DNA of 64,000 nucleotides from Octopus vulgaris (Eukaryota), in NCBI GenBank assembly GCA_951406725.2, contig OX597821.1:16926001-16990000 (forward strand), written 5' to 3'. Of this stretch, positions 1 to 12,592 are shown one piece after another; positions within the stretch are counted from its first letter, which is position 1; the number at the start of each line of letters is the position of its first letter. The notes beneath the pieces were generated by a model. That model saw only the letters and a list, made by a program, of their open reading frames with translations, was not told where the DNA came from and did not search any database. The translations under genes were made by a program, and so were the position numbers.

Positions 1-143
1 CTATAACTGTTTAATCATGCACGTGAGATGCGTTTGTTAAATTTCATAAGCACAATTTGAATCTGACATAAAGTGATGCACGGCATTGTAGGGATTAGAT
101 ATTTTTGATTTTTGAAGATGATACATGGAATACAAGATAAATA

Positions 144-219
<76 letters not shown>

Positions 220-223
<4 letters not shown>

Positions 224-915
224 AAATAAGAAAATGGAGAAACACATCCTAATCAATGATCAGCTACCAGATAATACCCAATCACATAATTTATTAAACC
301 ACTACATATGAACATTAAGATCAAACATAATAATATAGAACAAAACAATGTACATGAAAGAGTACCCACTATTGTATGGGTGTACCTCGTCTAATTTTCA
401 TATTTAATTTAGTTTGTTCTTCATAATCTCTGAAGAGGCCTTGGGATATTTTTGTAAGTGTCTCATTTATAACTACATATTAACCTATCACACATGGCTA
501 ATATGAGCATAATGAGGCACCCATATCTGCATGGCTGATGTAGTTTATATTTATATTTTTATTTATTTATATTCACTTATACATACTGTACTTATTGTAT
601 CATATTACTCTTTCATGTACATTGTTTTGTTCTATATTATTATGTTTGACCTTAATGTTCATATGTAGTGGTTTAATAAATTATGTGATTGGGTATTATC
701 TGGTAGTTGATCATTGATTAGGATGTGTTTCTCCATTTTCTTATTTTGTATAATTAATTTGTGTTAAAATATTTTACCTTTGCCCATATAATACAGTAAA
801 TGAATTAACTGCATCGCAGTTCTTAACATTTATGTATTAACTTTGTTGTATATATAGCAGTATATTGGATATATGTTATCCATGGAGGGTTGCACTTGCA
901 ACCCCTATCTCAATT

Positions 916-917
<2 letters not shown>
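220..917 (+). mobile_element. Non-autonomous PLE-derived element (family 1) with inverted 5' arm and decayed hammerhead
   Basis: Inverted arms 220-364 and 606-750; flanked by (TA)n. Terminal ~170 bp resembles 11721-11890 and 47810-47980. CTGAAGA-GGCC at 430 starts a long hairpin, but GAAA is lost. Confidence 0.75.
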
Positions 918-974
<57 letters not shown>

Positions 975-976
<2 letters not shown>

Positions 977-1200
977 TAACTGGTACTTCGCTGGTTACGA
1001 AAAGGGTTCTAGTTGATCCGATCAACGGAACAGCGCGCTCATGGTTTTTTTTATCTCATTCTGAAAAAAATTTCCGTTGCTCCAGTCCACTCAGCTAGCA
1101 AAAATGTGTAATCCTGCGATATACCAGCGTCATGTCCAGTTGGGGAATATATTACACCATTGAAACCGAGAAACCGGCCCTATGAGACTAGCAGAAGGAA
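975..1200 (+). mobile_element. SINE-like fragment
   Basis: Follows (TA)n. The 3' part (gaaaccgagaaaccggccctatgag...agaagg) resembles the 3' end of the SINE at 52093-52390. Confidence 0.4.
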
Positions 1201-2824
1201 CTTTTTCCTACATATTATAAACAGCTTAAAATTTATAACCATTTGTACATGTGAAAGAGTGGCGTTAGAAATCGCTGCACAATCAATGGCACGAGAAACA
1301 GCTGCATGTGATACAATGAAACTGGAGAATCTAGAGAAGATTAATGGTTTAATAATCATTATGCTTGGTCAGAACTCAGCATTCTTCTGCAGCTAATTGA
1401 AAATTATTTCAATGCTGTACTAGCGGCATCGTTGAAGCGTACTTCGGCAGTGGGGAAATCGTCTTTGACAAGTTACTCCGGTGAATATAACCCAGGTTTT
1501 AACATCATTACTACTTCACTAAATTTAAAATATATGCTCTGGTAGGAAGAGAATCGGAACATGTGTGACTGTAGATGAATGTTATGGATCGAAGCGTATA
1601 AATAGATTTTGAAAAGAAGTTTGAGGTTTCGTGATATATTGCAGTAATTAAGATATTTTATAGCATAACTCAAGCTCATATTACGAAACCTTTTATAAAT
1701 ACTTGCGACTAATTCCCATTGCCAATCTCGTATTGGTACTGAGCTAAGATGGCCATATGAAATGGTCGTGTGGTAAGAAAGTGTTGTGAGTGTCACTAAC
1801 GTTGGAAAGAGTGTGGGGCGCGAAGGTAACAGCATACTCTACTTTCAACTACGATGCAGAAACATGGATTTGTATCTAGATGGACCATGCGCAGCAGGCT
1901 TAAGAAGCCAAGCAAAAAGTTATTTGTGAAATAGCAACTGTTTTATATTGGATATAATAAAAAACATGTGAAAGGAGCAGCAAAGAAGGGGTGGCGGAGT
2001 TAAGTATCGCTAGTTATATGTAAGACAGAGAGAAAAATGAAGCGAGCTAAGGTATAGACCGATAGACATTAGTTATATCTGTGCGTGTGTTTGTGTGTGT
2101 GTGTGTGTGTAGTACCGAAAGTGCGCGTAGGTCAGGAGTGAAAGAAGGGCACCCTACATAGACAATACAGCTGAATACTCTTATTAATATAGTCTCGTTA
2201 AGCTTATCTTTGGTTTCAAAATTCATCTTTGAAAACAGTTATTTAATACATACCTAATTATGGGTCTTTCATCAGTCGCAAATACAACGTCGACGTTAAC
2301 TAGGGATAATGTGATTCAAAGAGACAGTATTGATCAGGGATATTACTCCTGCTATATCTAGGCAAAAAATTCTTATTAAAATGTTGGCGGATAGTAGATG
2401 TGTAACTGGGGGATTGTCTAATTGTCTTATGCTTGTTTGTTTATACAGTGTGCACGTGTTTATGATTTAGCTAAAGCTGCTGCCTCAGTACTTTTAGCTC
2501 GAGATGCGTCTCCAGGAAAATAAAGGTTTTATGGTCAGCTGCAAATTAGAAAGCCAGTCACATACTTACGAAAGGAAATCATGAAATGTTTTCCATAAGA
2601 TGGTGTTTTCAACACAGGGCAAGCCTAGTAAGCATGCAAGCAAAATCTACGAGATAAACGTTCATTTATGTTGTTTAAATGATTGTGGTAAAAAGGAACC
2701 ATTCCACTGGTTTTTCCATTTTCTTGGGTTCGCTCTCAACGAATCTTCATTTCAGTTGGTTCATGTGTCTCTTGTATACGCATTTGATAATAATTTACTA
2801 AACGCAAGAATGCTTATAGCATAG

Positions 2825-3440
2825 TCACAGATTTTTTATTGCAGTTGCTCTGGTTGGATCTAGCTTCCGTCCATTTTTATCGATTATCTGGCCCAAGTAT
2901 TTTTTTTTTTTTTTCATGGAAAACTCGCATTCTTCTTCCGTTAACTTGAAACCGTATTTCCTAATCTTCTCGAATACCCTTTTATCGGTTTCAGCATATT
3001 GTTCATGCGATTCACTTTTTATTGGGATATCGTCTAAATAGATGATAGCAAAATCACAGCCACCTAGCATTGTATCCATTATTTGCTGAACTATGGAAAG
3101 AGTTACTTTTACACCGAAGAGAAACTGCTTAAATTTAAATAGGCCACGGTGTTTATTGATGGTTAATAAATGTGAGTGTTCGTCTTCTTCTACTTGGATA
3201 TGTAGATATGCTTTCGAGAATTCTGGTTTTGAGAAGACTTTCCCTCCATTCAGTTTTGCAAACACTTCCTCAAGACTCAGCAATGGGTAGTTATGTGAGA
3301 TTAAGCAATCATGCAAACCTGTTCAAAAACCTGTACAAACTCTTGTTATGTTTTTCTTTCTTACGTAGACTGTAGGTGCTGCCCTGTCTGAGAGGTCCGT
3401 CTTCTCGATTATTCCTAGGCTTTCAAGTCTTACAATTTCT
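2825..3440 (-). pseudogene. pol: Ty3/Gypsy reverse transcriptase remnant
   Basis: YPLLSLEEVFAKLNGGKVFSK...AYLHIQV...LLTINKHRGLF...FGVK...QQIMDTML...IYLDDI...KYLGQIID matches Gypsy RT domains. Confidence 0.9.
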
Positions 3441-5011
3441 TTGTTTACGTGGTCTTTGATTTCGTGCACCAGACCAGTTACTCCGATTAAACATCTGGAT
3501 ATAAATATTTTACTTTGTGCTTCAGTTCTTCAGCCTCATTCGAACCTTCAATTGAACCGACTATATTCACATGCAAAATACGAGTGTATTCCACAATTTG
3601 TATAGAAAAATCCACTATGTGCCGAATAGATTACCTGAGTTTTTTTAACACATATTTTTGCCGTTTACAGTTGGTCCCGGGTTGTGACATTACACACAAA
3701 TTCACCGACAAAATATAAAAATATTTGATCCGTAAAACCATGCTCTACTCTTGTAGATTTAGTAAAATTCGTCTTGCTGATACACTTCCTAGCTTTTTTC
3801 GTTCACAACGATAATATCACTTCCAGTGTCCAACTTTTTAATTTTCACATTTACGAATTTTCTATTTGTTAAATTAGCATTTTCTTTTGACGACATACTG
3901 TTTATTCTTTTTTCTTTATTCCAACGTTTTGTCATCTTGGTTTTACAGTGCCTTTTTATGAGTCCTATTTTCCACAACAGAAGTATTCGGCTTTGTTAAA
4001 TGGACGGTTTTTCCCCAGCTGTAGAATTCCATATGCAAAACATTTTTTTTTTTTCCTGCTTCTTGTCCTGATTGTACTGTATTTTCGTACACACTTGATT
4101 TCGATGCTGTTTATTTTGTACTTGTTTCACTTGGGATCAATCTTCATGTTCAATATTTTCTCTGTGACGTGTCTTAAATCTACTATCCTTTCACACTCTT
4201 CTGGCACATGCTGTAAGGTTAAAGCTTACTTTTGTTCCAGATTAGCGAGAATTCTTGTTCTTACTTCTGCGTCTTTCTCTGCTGTTAATCCCTGAGTAAA
4301 TATCAGGCATTTGAACATATCTGGCGTTAATTCATCCACCTGGGACTTTTCACATTCTCTGTTAAATCTACCAGCATATGCGATGTTCTATTCTAGGTTC
4401 AAAAATTTTCAACGTATACTGAACAGCGAGCTGTTCTCACTAAAATCTTAACAATATGTCTATTATAAGTTTAATGTTTATTTCACAAGGTTTTCCCGGG
4501 AGTACCTAATTACTGTAAAACTCATGTTCTTCTGCTGCCAGTTTTCCTAAGATAAAACACGTTTTCATATCGTCGTTCAAATCTTTACACCCTTTATTGA
4601 AAATCTGTTCGTATCTTCTGTAGTAAACATCGAAGGTAACTCTTTCATCTGGTTGGTGCTTCAACTTATTGAGCTCGCGACATAATCTGGCGAGAACATT
4701 TTTGCAGCATTTCCTGACGTCTTACTATTCATCAATTGCAGCTTTTGTAGCTGTATTAGTAATTGTTGTTGCTTCTGCAGTTGTTCTTCTTTCAGTTGTT
4801 TTTGAAATTGTTAATTCTGTTGTTGTTGTTGTTGTTGTTGTTGTTGCTTACGCTGTTGTTTTTGACGTTGTAGCTGCTTTCAATGGCTGTTGCTACTGTT
4901 TTTGGAACTCTAGTAAACCGGCCAACAACTTTTCCATAATTTTACGATATTTTTCCGTACGGTTCACCCAAAACACAAACGTTTGTGAGTTTGTCAATTC
5001 CTTGTCGCCTC

Positions 5012-5213
5012 TGTTGTAATATTTATTGTCGGATTGTTATAACGTCCCTTCTGGTATAGCAGCATAGTTAGTAAGACAAGTAAGATCACGACTATCTATG
5101 ACCGTTTAATTCGTACTCTCTTTCTATACTGACTGACGTCACCTTATTTATAGCGACTGTCACATACCACTCGTCACGTGCGAGAGGTGTACTATCATAA
5201 CTATTATCCCCAC
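5012..5213 (-). repeat. Putative 5' LTR of the Gypsy element
   Basis: On the minus strand it runs TGTGGGG...TACAACA, with CTATAAATAA (~5144-5153) and AATAAA (5022-5027), and lies immediately before the PBS-like motif. Confidence 0.6.
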
Positions 5214-5440
5214 AAAATTCTCTGGTTATATACTCTGCCGATATGGACTTTTTCTTTCATCCCTGTTAGGGTCGTTTATATAAATTTTTCTTCAATTACT
5301 GGGGTCGATTTTATCGACTAACTCTCTTCATAAAATTTCGGGCCTTGTTACAATATGAGAAAAAATATAGCGTAGAAGTCTTGCACGTTCATTTGGCAAA
5401 ATTTTGTGCGTGTGATGAGCTATCTCGTGACATATTTTAC

Positions 5441-5612
5441 CTTTTTTCTGAGTTCATATTTTTCTGGGATGCTATATGTAAACATTCGTTCAATTGAACA
5501 TTACCATGTGGTCTTTGTATGGTTTTGCAGGGTTCAGAATTTTGCAAACTTTCGGAACACATCGCTAGTTTGAGATTAGCTTCTATAACTTCTATTCTCT
5601 TGTATGGGAAGC
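5441..5612 (-). CDS. Candidate internal exon of an unidentified host gene
   Basis: Acceptor ttttctcattttttctcaAG|, 172 nt open frame (FPYKRIEVIEANLKLAMCSESL...MNSEK), donor AAG|GTAAAA. No homology recognised. Confidence 0.3.
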
Positions 5613-5920
5613 CTTGAGAAAAAATGAGAAAACAAAACATAAAACATATATACTACGAGCGCTACTCTCTCTTTCTGTACGAACTAGTATAAGACCTAGA
5701 ACTTTACGGATCAAAGTGACTTTATCTGTAACCATGGAACTTTCCAGAAGGTATCGAGCTAAGTGACGGTTCAAAGCCTGACCAGAATACTAAAACATTG
5801 CGAGCTAGACTGTTTAACCTTTGCACTTCTGATATGTCCATCGAGTCTATTCAAAAATATATGTGTGTGTTTATGGGACAGTGTGTATGTATATAGATAT
5901 GTGTTTACGTGTATATATAA

Positions 5921-5971
<51 letters not shown>

Positions 5972-5986
5972 TAATATATGTATATA

Positions 5987-6039
<53 letters not shown>

Positions 6040-6043
<4 letters not shown>

Positions 6044-6563
6044 GCATCCTTTTTGTCTCGGGAGACAATGGAGTTGCGCATAAAGTAGTCTAGTCCGGCT
6101 TTTATATTTCATGTTCTGATACATTTTCTGCTGTGGCTGTGTAGTCCTATCCTGGACAAACACTCCCTCTGGCAGGTACCGCAAATGTAGCGAAGACTGT
6201 TCCTGGCTGGTTGTAATGCCATAGTTTCTTATTGACGTCTCTTCTTTTCTTTCCATTTCTCCTCTCTCTCTCTGTCACTCCTTTGTATTCCCTCTTTTAC
6301 GGTACGTCGCCATTCTCCACGGTTGCCGGCAACTGCCTCCCAACCGCTAATATTGATGTTGTAGGCCTTCATGTCCCTTTTGCAAACATCCTCACACAAA
6401 GACGTATGAGATGGCTTGGGCATGTTAGCCGTATGAAAGATGGCAGAATCCCCAAGGACAGACTCTGCGGAGAGCTTTCCAGGGTTACTAGGTCTGTGGG
6501 TAGACCGATCTTACGTTACAAGGATGTTTGCAAAAGGGACATGAAGGCCTACAACATCAATAT
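6040..6563. mobile_element. RTE (BovB-like) LINE 3' fragment with inverted 5' portion
   Basis: Plus frame RRMRWLGHVSRMKDGRIPKDRLCGEL...GRPILRYKDVCKRDMK (6390-6563); minus frame DVCKRDMKAYNINISGWEAVAGNRGEWR continues to the 3' end at ~6040. Flanked by (TA)n. Confidence 0.85.
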
Positions 6564-6865
6564 ATATATATATATATAATAATGAAGGGTGAAATTAATT
6601 AATTTGGAATAATTATCAATTACACCAAGTAGTCTTCGGCATGTAAAAGCCTCATTCGAGGAAAATTTAAGTAATACTAAGCAATAAAGGGTTTAGCAAC
6701 GAATTGCCTTACCACAGACCAAATTTAGAAATAGCAGTCAAAGAGTTATAGCTATTTCTTCTACTAAAAAGGGAGATCTCAGTAAAAAACACAGCAATTA
6801 GAAGGCAGACACAAACAGGTAAGAGAGAATGAATTGACGGCAATCTATCATACAATTTTAAGTTA

Positions 6866-6965
6866 TCTACGGACGCACGTTTCGAAATCAAGTTTTTAGG
6901 AAAGCATGAGAATTAAATATTAAATAATTCTACGTTACCCAAACTTCTTTTCTCTTCAGCGTAGA
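6866..6965 (-). ncRNA. Type I hammerhead ribozyme (array copy 1)
   Basis: UCUACG-CUGAAGA-[69-nt stem II]-GAAA-CGUGCG-UC-CGUAGA, with a 6-bp stem I. Confidence 0.85.
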
Positions 6966-7460
6966 ATACTATAATCATAAGTGATTATATATTGAATTTT
7001 GAGATACTAGAAGGCACCAACTCAACTCAGTATCAGAGCGAGCTAGAATCCGCAACTAGTATCACCAAACTCAACGTGTGAATGAAAGGATTGTGTCACC
7101 AGCCCCTTCCCACCCGCGTGTAGCCAAAACAAGATGCTATGGTCATCTACTGAGATAAAATATGGTTATCCGTAATAATGAAGGGTGAAATTAATTAATT
7201 TGGAATAATTATCAATTACACCAAGTAGTCTTCGGCATGTAAAAGCCTCATTCGAGGAAAATTTAAGTAATACTAAGCAATAAAGGGTTTAGCAACGAAT
7301 TGCCTTACCACAGACCGAATTTAGAAATAGCAGTCAAAGAGTTATAGCTATTTCTTCTACTAAAAGGGAGATCTCAGTAAAAAACACAGCAATTAGAAGG
7401 CAGACACAAACAGGTAAGAGAGAATGAATTGACGGCAATCTATCATACAATTTTAAGTTA

Positions 7461-7560
7461 TCTACGGACGCACGTTTCGAAATCAAGTTTTTAGGAAAGC
7501 ATGAGAATTAAATGTTAAATAATTCTACGTTACCCAAACTTCTTTTCTCTTCAGCGTAGA
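7461..7560 (-). ncRNA. Type I hammerhead ribozyme (array copy 2)
   Basis: Same motif as 6866-6965, offset by 595 bp. Confidence 0.85.
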
Positions 7561-8056
7561 ATACTATAATCATAAGTGATTATATATTGAATTTTGAGAT
7601 ACTAGAAGGCACCAACTCAACTCAGTATCAGAGCGAGCTAGAATCCGCAACTAGTATCACCAAACTCAACGTGTGAATGAAAGGATTGTGTCACCAGCCC
7701 CTTCCCACCCGCGTGTAGCCAAAACAAGATGCTATGGTCATCTACTGAGATAAAATATGGTTATCCGTAATAATGAAGGGTGAAATTAATTAATTTGGAA
7801 TAATTATCAATTACACCAAGTAGTCTTCGGCATGTAAAAGCCTCATTCGAGGAAAATTTAAGTAATACTAAGCAATAAAGGGTTTAGCAACGAATTGCCT
7901 TACCACAGACCGAATTTAGAAATAGCAGTCAAAGAGTTATAGCTATTTCTTCTACTAAAAAGGGAGATCTCAGTAAAAAACACAGCAATTAGAAGGCAGA
8001 CACAAACAGGTAAGAGAGAATGAATTAACGGCAATCTATCATACAATTTTAAGTTA

Positions 8057-8156
8057 TCTACGGACGCACGTTTCGAAATCAAGATTTTAGGAAAGCATGA
8101 GAATTAAATGTTAAATAATTCTACGTTACCCAAACTTCTTTTCTCTTCAGCGTAGA
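8057..8156 (-). ncRNA. Type I hammerhead ribozyme (array copy 3)
   Basis: Same motif, 596 bp from copy 2. Confidence 0.85.
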
Positions 8157-8631
8157 ATACTATAATCATAAGTGATTATATATTGAATTTTGAGATACTA
8201 GAAGGCACCAGAGATCTCCTGAGATCTCCCTTTTTAGTAGAAGAAATAGCTATAACTCTTTGACTGCTATTTCTAAATTCGGTCTGTGGTAAGGCAATTT
8301 GTTTCTAAACCCTTTATTGCTTAGTATTACTTAAATTTTCCTCGAATGAGGCTTTTACATGCCGAAGACTACTTGGTGTAATTGATAATTATTCCAAATT
8401 AATTAATTTCACCCTTCATTATTACGGATAACCATATTTTATCTCAGTAGATGACCATAGCATCTTGTTTTGGCTACACGCGGGTGGGAAGGGGCTGGTG
8501 ACACAATCCTTTCATTCACACGTTGAGTTTGGTGATACTAGTTGCGGATTCTAGCTCGCTCTGATACTGAGTTGAGTTGGTGCCTTCTAGTATCTCAAAA
8601 TTCAATATATAATCACTTATGATTATAGTAT

Positions 8632-8731
8632 TCTACGCTGAAGAGAAAAGAAGTTTGGGTAACGTAGAATTATTTAATATTTAATTCTCATGCTTTCCTA
8701 AAAACTTGATTTCGAAACGTGCGTCCGTAGA
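8632..8731 (+). ncRNA. Type I hammerhead ribozyme (inverted array copy)
   Basis: tctacg 8632-8637, CTGAAGA 8638-8644, stem II 8645-8713 (gaaa/tttc, aagttt/aaactt, gaatta/taattc), GAAA 8714-8717, TC 8724-8725, cgtaga 8726-8731. Confidence 0.85.
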
Positions 8732-8823
8732 TAACTTAAAATTGTATGATAGATTGCCGTCAATTCATTCTCTCTTACCTGTTTGTGTCTGCCTTCTAAT
8801 TGCTGTTTTTTACTGAGATCTCC

Positions 8824-8892
<69 letters not shown>

Positions 8893-8967
8893 TATGAATA
8901 TATATATGTATATATATATATGTATATATATTCATATATATATATGTATATGTATATGTATGTATGT

Positions 8968-9065
<98 letters not shown>

Positions 9066-9066
<1 letters not shown>

Positions 9067-9639
9067 TAAACAAAGTCAAATGCGATACAATAAAATTAAT
9101 TATTATCGCTGGTGTTTCTAGCACAGGCCATATATTATTCATATATAAGTACATTAAAGGCGACGTGTGTACTAGATACACAAAAGCTGGATAAATTTAA
9201 TGAGATGAAAATTAAAAACTTTTACAAACTTAGTTCTTCTTAGACTGCAGTTTCGCCTATTTCAGCAATAAAAATAATATTTATTTACTCAGGTAGGCTC
9301 TTCAGTAAGATTCCTGTTATTATGGGAAGCGCAGATCAATAGAGGCACATGCGTCTATTAAATTGCTCTTTCTAAACTATTCAAATCACTGCGCAGACTC
9401 AGAACGTACCCGACAAAATAGGGTTTTCTGGTATATCGTCTAACGCTCAAAAATTTATCGAGAAAATACGTAAACAAAGTCAAATGCGATACAATAAAAT
9501 TAATTATTATCGCTGGTGTTTCTAGCACAGGCCATATATTATTCATATATAAGTACATTAAAGGCGACGTGTGTACTAGATACACAAAAGCTGGATAAAT
9601 TTAATGAGATGAAAATTAAAAACTTTTACAAACTTAGTT
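9066..9639 (-). mobile_element. Retrozyme-like element: 1.4 tandem units of 404 bp
   Basis: Direct repeat 9066-9235 / 9470-9639, HHR inside, (TA)n on both sides. Confidence 0.85.
9238..9310 (-). ncRNA. Type I hammerhead ribozyme
   Basis: UCUUA-CUGAAGA-GCCUA...UAGGC-GAAA-CUGCAG-UC-UAAGA: perfect core, 5-bp stem I, palindromic stem III. Confidence 0.9.
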
Positions 9640-9660
9640 ATATATATATATATATATATA

Positions 9661-10765
9661 CGTTTAAATATTTGTTGTGCAAGATTTTTTATGTGAAGTC
9701 GTGTGTTGAAACAGATATTGTTATATTTCGGAATGGTCATATTGCCAGTTTAGCCAATAAAAACACACGCACTATATATTTGGTGTTATTTTGCTTCAGT
9801 GATATTTATTTTTTACATTAATCTTAATCTTATTTCGGCCAAATTCTTTCGTCACACTCCTGTGACCGCATCAGTGGTCCTTTGTTTTCTTCTCACTTAC
9901 TTGTGTCTCTCCTTACTAACCGTCAGCCATTTTGTATTTCTATTGTGTGTCTTCATTTGCGCATGCTTATATCTCTATGTGCGTCTATGTTTATTTAGTG
10001 TGTGTGGGGGGGGGATGCCTGTAATATTTGTATCTTCTGGTTATATACATTCTTGTAATTTGTATTTTGTTTTTGTTGTTGTTGCTTTTGTTCTAATTTT
10101 GTTCATGTGTTTACATCCACCCATTATTATCATTACATATGCTTGTATGTATGTATAACAACAATATTAGTAATAATAATAATAAATCTAATCGAAAAAA
10201 AAAAAAAAAAAAGAATATACATATACATATATATATATACATACATATACATATACATATATATAGATATATATATATACACACACATATATACACATAT
10301 ACATATACATATATATACACATATACATATATATAGATATTCATTTCTATTTCTTTAATTACCTGTGTATTTATTATGTTTGCAGGATCCACTATTGTCA
10401 TATGTTGTGGTGTGCGCTATTGCTCCATTCTAGTTTTCTATTCAGGCCAGGTTTATTTTCTATTATATGTGTAGCTTCTGTAATTTGTCTAATTGTTGCA
10501 TCTGTTCTATGTGTGGACAATATCTTAATCTCTATGTTATTGATTGATCCCCCGTGTTCTTGTTCGGCGTGTTGGTACAGAATCGATGAGCTTTTACCTT
10601 CCTTGAGTTGTCTCCAATGTTCATTCACCCGCTCACCAATGCTTCTTGCAGTTTCCCCTACGTATGTTACTGTCTTGTTACTGCATCGTCCCTCTATACA
10701 TTGTATAGTGCGTGTGTTTTTATTGGCTAAACTGGCAATATGACCATTCCGAAATATAACAATAT
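9661..10765 (-). mobile_element. 5'-truncated Penelope-like element with inverted terminal segment
   Basis: GIY-YIG coding remnant; inverted repeat ~9715-9775 / 10705-10765; HHR-like motif at 9837-9880; (TA)n flanks. Confidence 0.85.
10398..10708 (-). pseudogene. PLE GIY-YIG endonuclease C-terminal fragment
   Basis: TIQCIEGRCSNKTVTYVGETARSIGERVNEHWRQ...LYQHAEQEH...RQITEATHIIENKPGLNRKLEW. Confidence 0.88.
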
Positions 10766-11566
10766 ATATATATATATATATATGTACATGTATATTATTA
10801 TGAACTCACCTGTCGTTATCTCTTGACCTCTTTGCAGTGACACAGATAGGAAAAATGTTATGTACTGATGTTTTTGGTTGAAATGATTTGTAAAATCGCA
10901 GGGAGGTTAACAAAATCAATTATATAACCGTGCATCATAAGATTTACAGCTATATTACTGGATTAAATGCATTAACCGCCCATATAAAAGTGGTAGTCTT
11001 TGTCATTAACATAGGGCACCTAGCATGTATATGTAAGTATATGTAAGTGTGCATGAGTGTCCGTGTGTGTGTGCCCACGCGTGTGTGCGTGTGCCCGCAC
11101 GCGTGTGTGTGTATTCCTCAACTGCCATCTCTGAAGAACGCTGGGTTATATAATCGGAGTGTTATCTAACACTCCGTTGAACAGCTAGTGTGAAACCGAT
11201 TGGTATGATTGGCCGTTATGGATATAGAGCGCTGTATACTTCGACTGATATAAAAATATGCATGTATAAATATATGTATGCATACATGTATGTATGCATG
11301 CCTGTATGTATGTATGTATATGTGTATGTATGTAACCATGTATGTTTTATGTATGTATGTGTAAATGTATATAAGGTAAAAATAAAGGTCGTTGCATATT
11401 CCTTTATCCTAGTAAATTCTCTTTACAATTGCTTCCGACAGTCATTATATGTTCGTTCATTGAGTAATTGAGCAAATATTGAATTACCTTAAAGAAATAA
11501 TGGTATCGAGTCGAATGTTCTTATCAAAAACGAAGCAAAACAATGATAAATGTATGATACTGGCAT

Positions 11567-11662
<96 letters not shown>

Positions 11663-11682
11663 TTAAATATGTATGTATTTAA

Positions 11683-11726
<44 letters not shown>

Positions 11727-12086
11727 AGATAGGTGTTGAAAATTCAACCCACCATGGGATAATATATATCCAATATACTGCTAGATAGGTACCCAACAAA
11801 ATTAATACATAGATGTTAAAAATTGTCAAGCAATCAGTTCATCTATTGTATTAAATGGGTAAAGGTAATAATATTACCGTAAATTAATACTACAAAATTA
11901 GAGAATGGAGAAACATACTTAAATCAGTAAAACATCAACTATCCGATGATACTCAATCCATACTTTAATACACCATTACATATGAGTAAAGGCAATATAT
12001 AAAATGAAATGAGATATACAGTAATAGTAAAAAGATAAAGAGATATAAGTAAAAAATTTCAAATATAATATACAAATAAATCAAAA

Positions 12087-12194
12087 CTGACAGCTGTTTC
12101 GGCAGTGAGGACAGTCATACCTCATTTAACCTATAAGCCATAAAGGCAGGTATAAATGAGGCATTAACAAGGATGCCCCACGGCCTCTTCAGAG
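12087..12194 (-). ncRNA. Type I hammerhead ribozyme with 85-nt stem II
   Basis: Reverse-complement copy of 14510-14617. Confidence 0.75.
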
Positions 12195-12533
12195 AATTAA
12201 ATTAAATTTGTTATAATAGTGAAAAATATTATATAATCATATACATATAAATATAAAAATATAAAAATGTAAAATATAAAAACTTATACATCATAATGCT
12301 ACACTTATATAATATAATACACATTTGTACAAAAAGGAAGGTAAACAGAACAAAATAAAACAAAATATATAACAGTGTATATATTAATATTAATAAGTAC
12401 CGATATTATACATATTTGGCTAATAGTTTTTTTTATAAAAAAAAGGCTAACACATATGGAGATGAAAAATAATAATTAAATCCGTGGTACAGTTCATAAA
12501 ATTCTAAAGCTATAAAAGTTAATAAAAATTACT

Positions 12534-12592
<59 letters not shown>

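Larger units (their letters stand above)
2500..5213 (-). mobile_element. Degenerate Ty3/Gypsy LTR retrotransposon (LTR, PBS, gag/protease/RT remnants)
   Basis: RT remnant at 2825-3316; aspartic protease-like KLDTGSD at ~3800-3840; LTR end followed by a PBS-like GAGGCGACAAGG at 5000-5011. Many stops and frameshifts; the left boundary is approximate. Confidence 0.85.
6577..8827. mobile_element. Retrozyme-like / PLE pLTR array: ~2.75 tandem 595-596 bp units plus one inverted unit
   Basis: Units start at 6577, 7173 and 7768 (last ends 8210); inverted unit ~8220-8827. One HHR per unit, no long ORF, (TA)n on both sides. Confidence 0.9.

Noticed and set aside
1473-1835. 120-aa minus-strand ORF
   Set aside because: No recognisable domain and no consistent splice phase with the candidate exon at 5441-5612.
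2225-2280. Isolated CTGATGA on the minus strand (similar isolated cores at ~18332, ~21737, ~41673)
   Set aside because: There is no downstream stem II-GAAA-UH arrangement; such cores are expected by chance.
6709-8082. Repeated 60-aa ORF MISKRASVDNLK...
   Set aside because: It overlaps the HHR in the tandem unit, is frameshifted in unit 2 and has no recognisable domain.
6577-8210. CRISPR-like or satellite interpretation of the tandem array
   Set aside because: Units are ~595 bp without unique spacers, the context is eukaryotic, and the HHR plus inverted arm indicate a retroelement.
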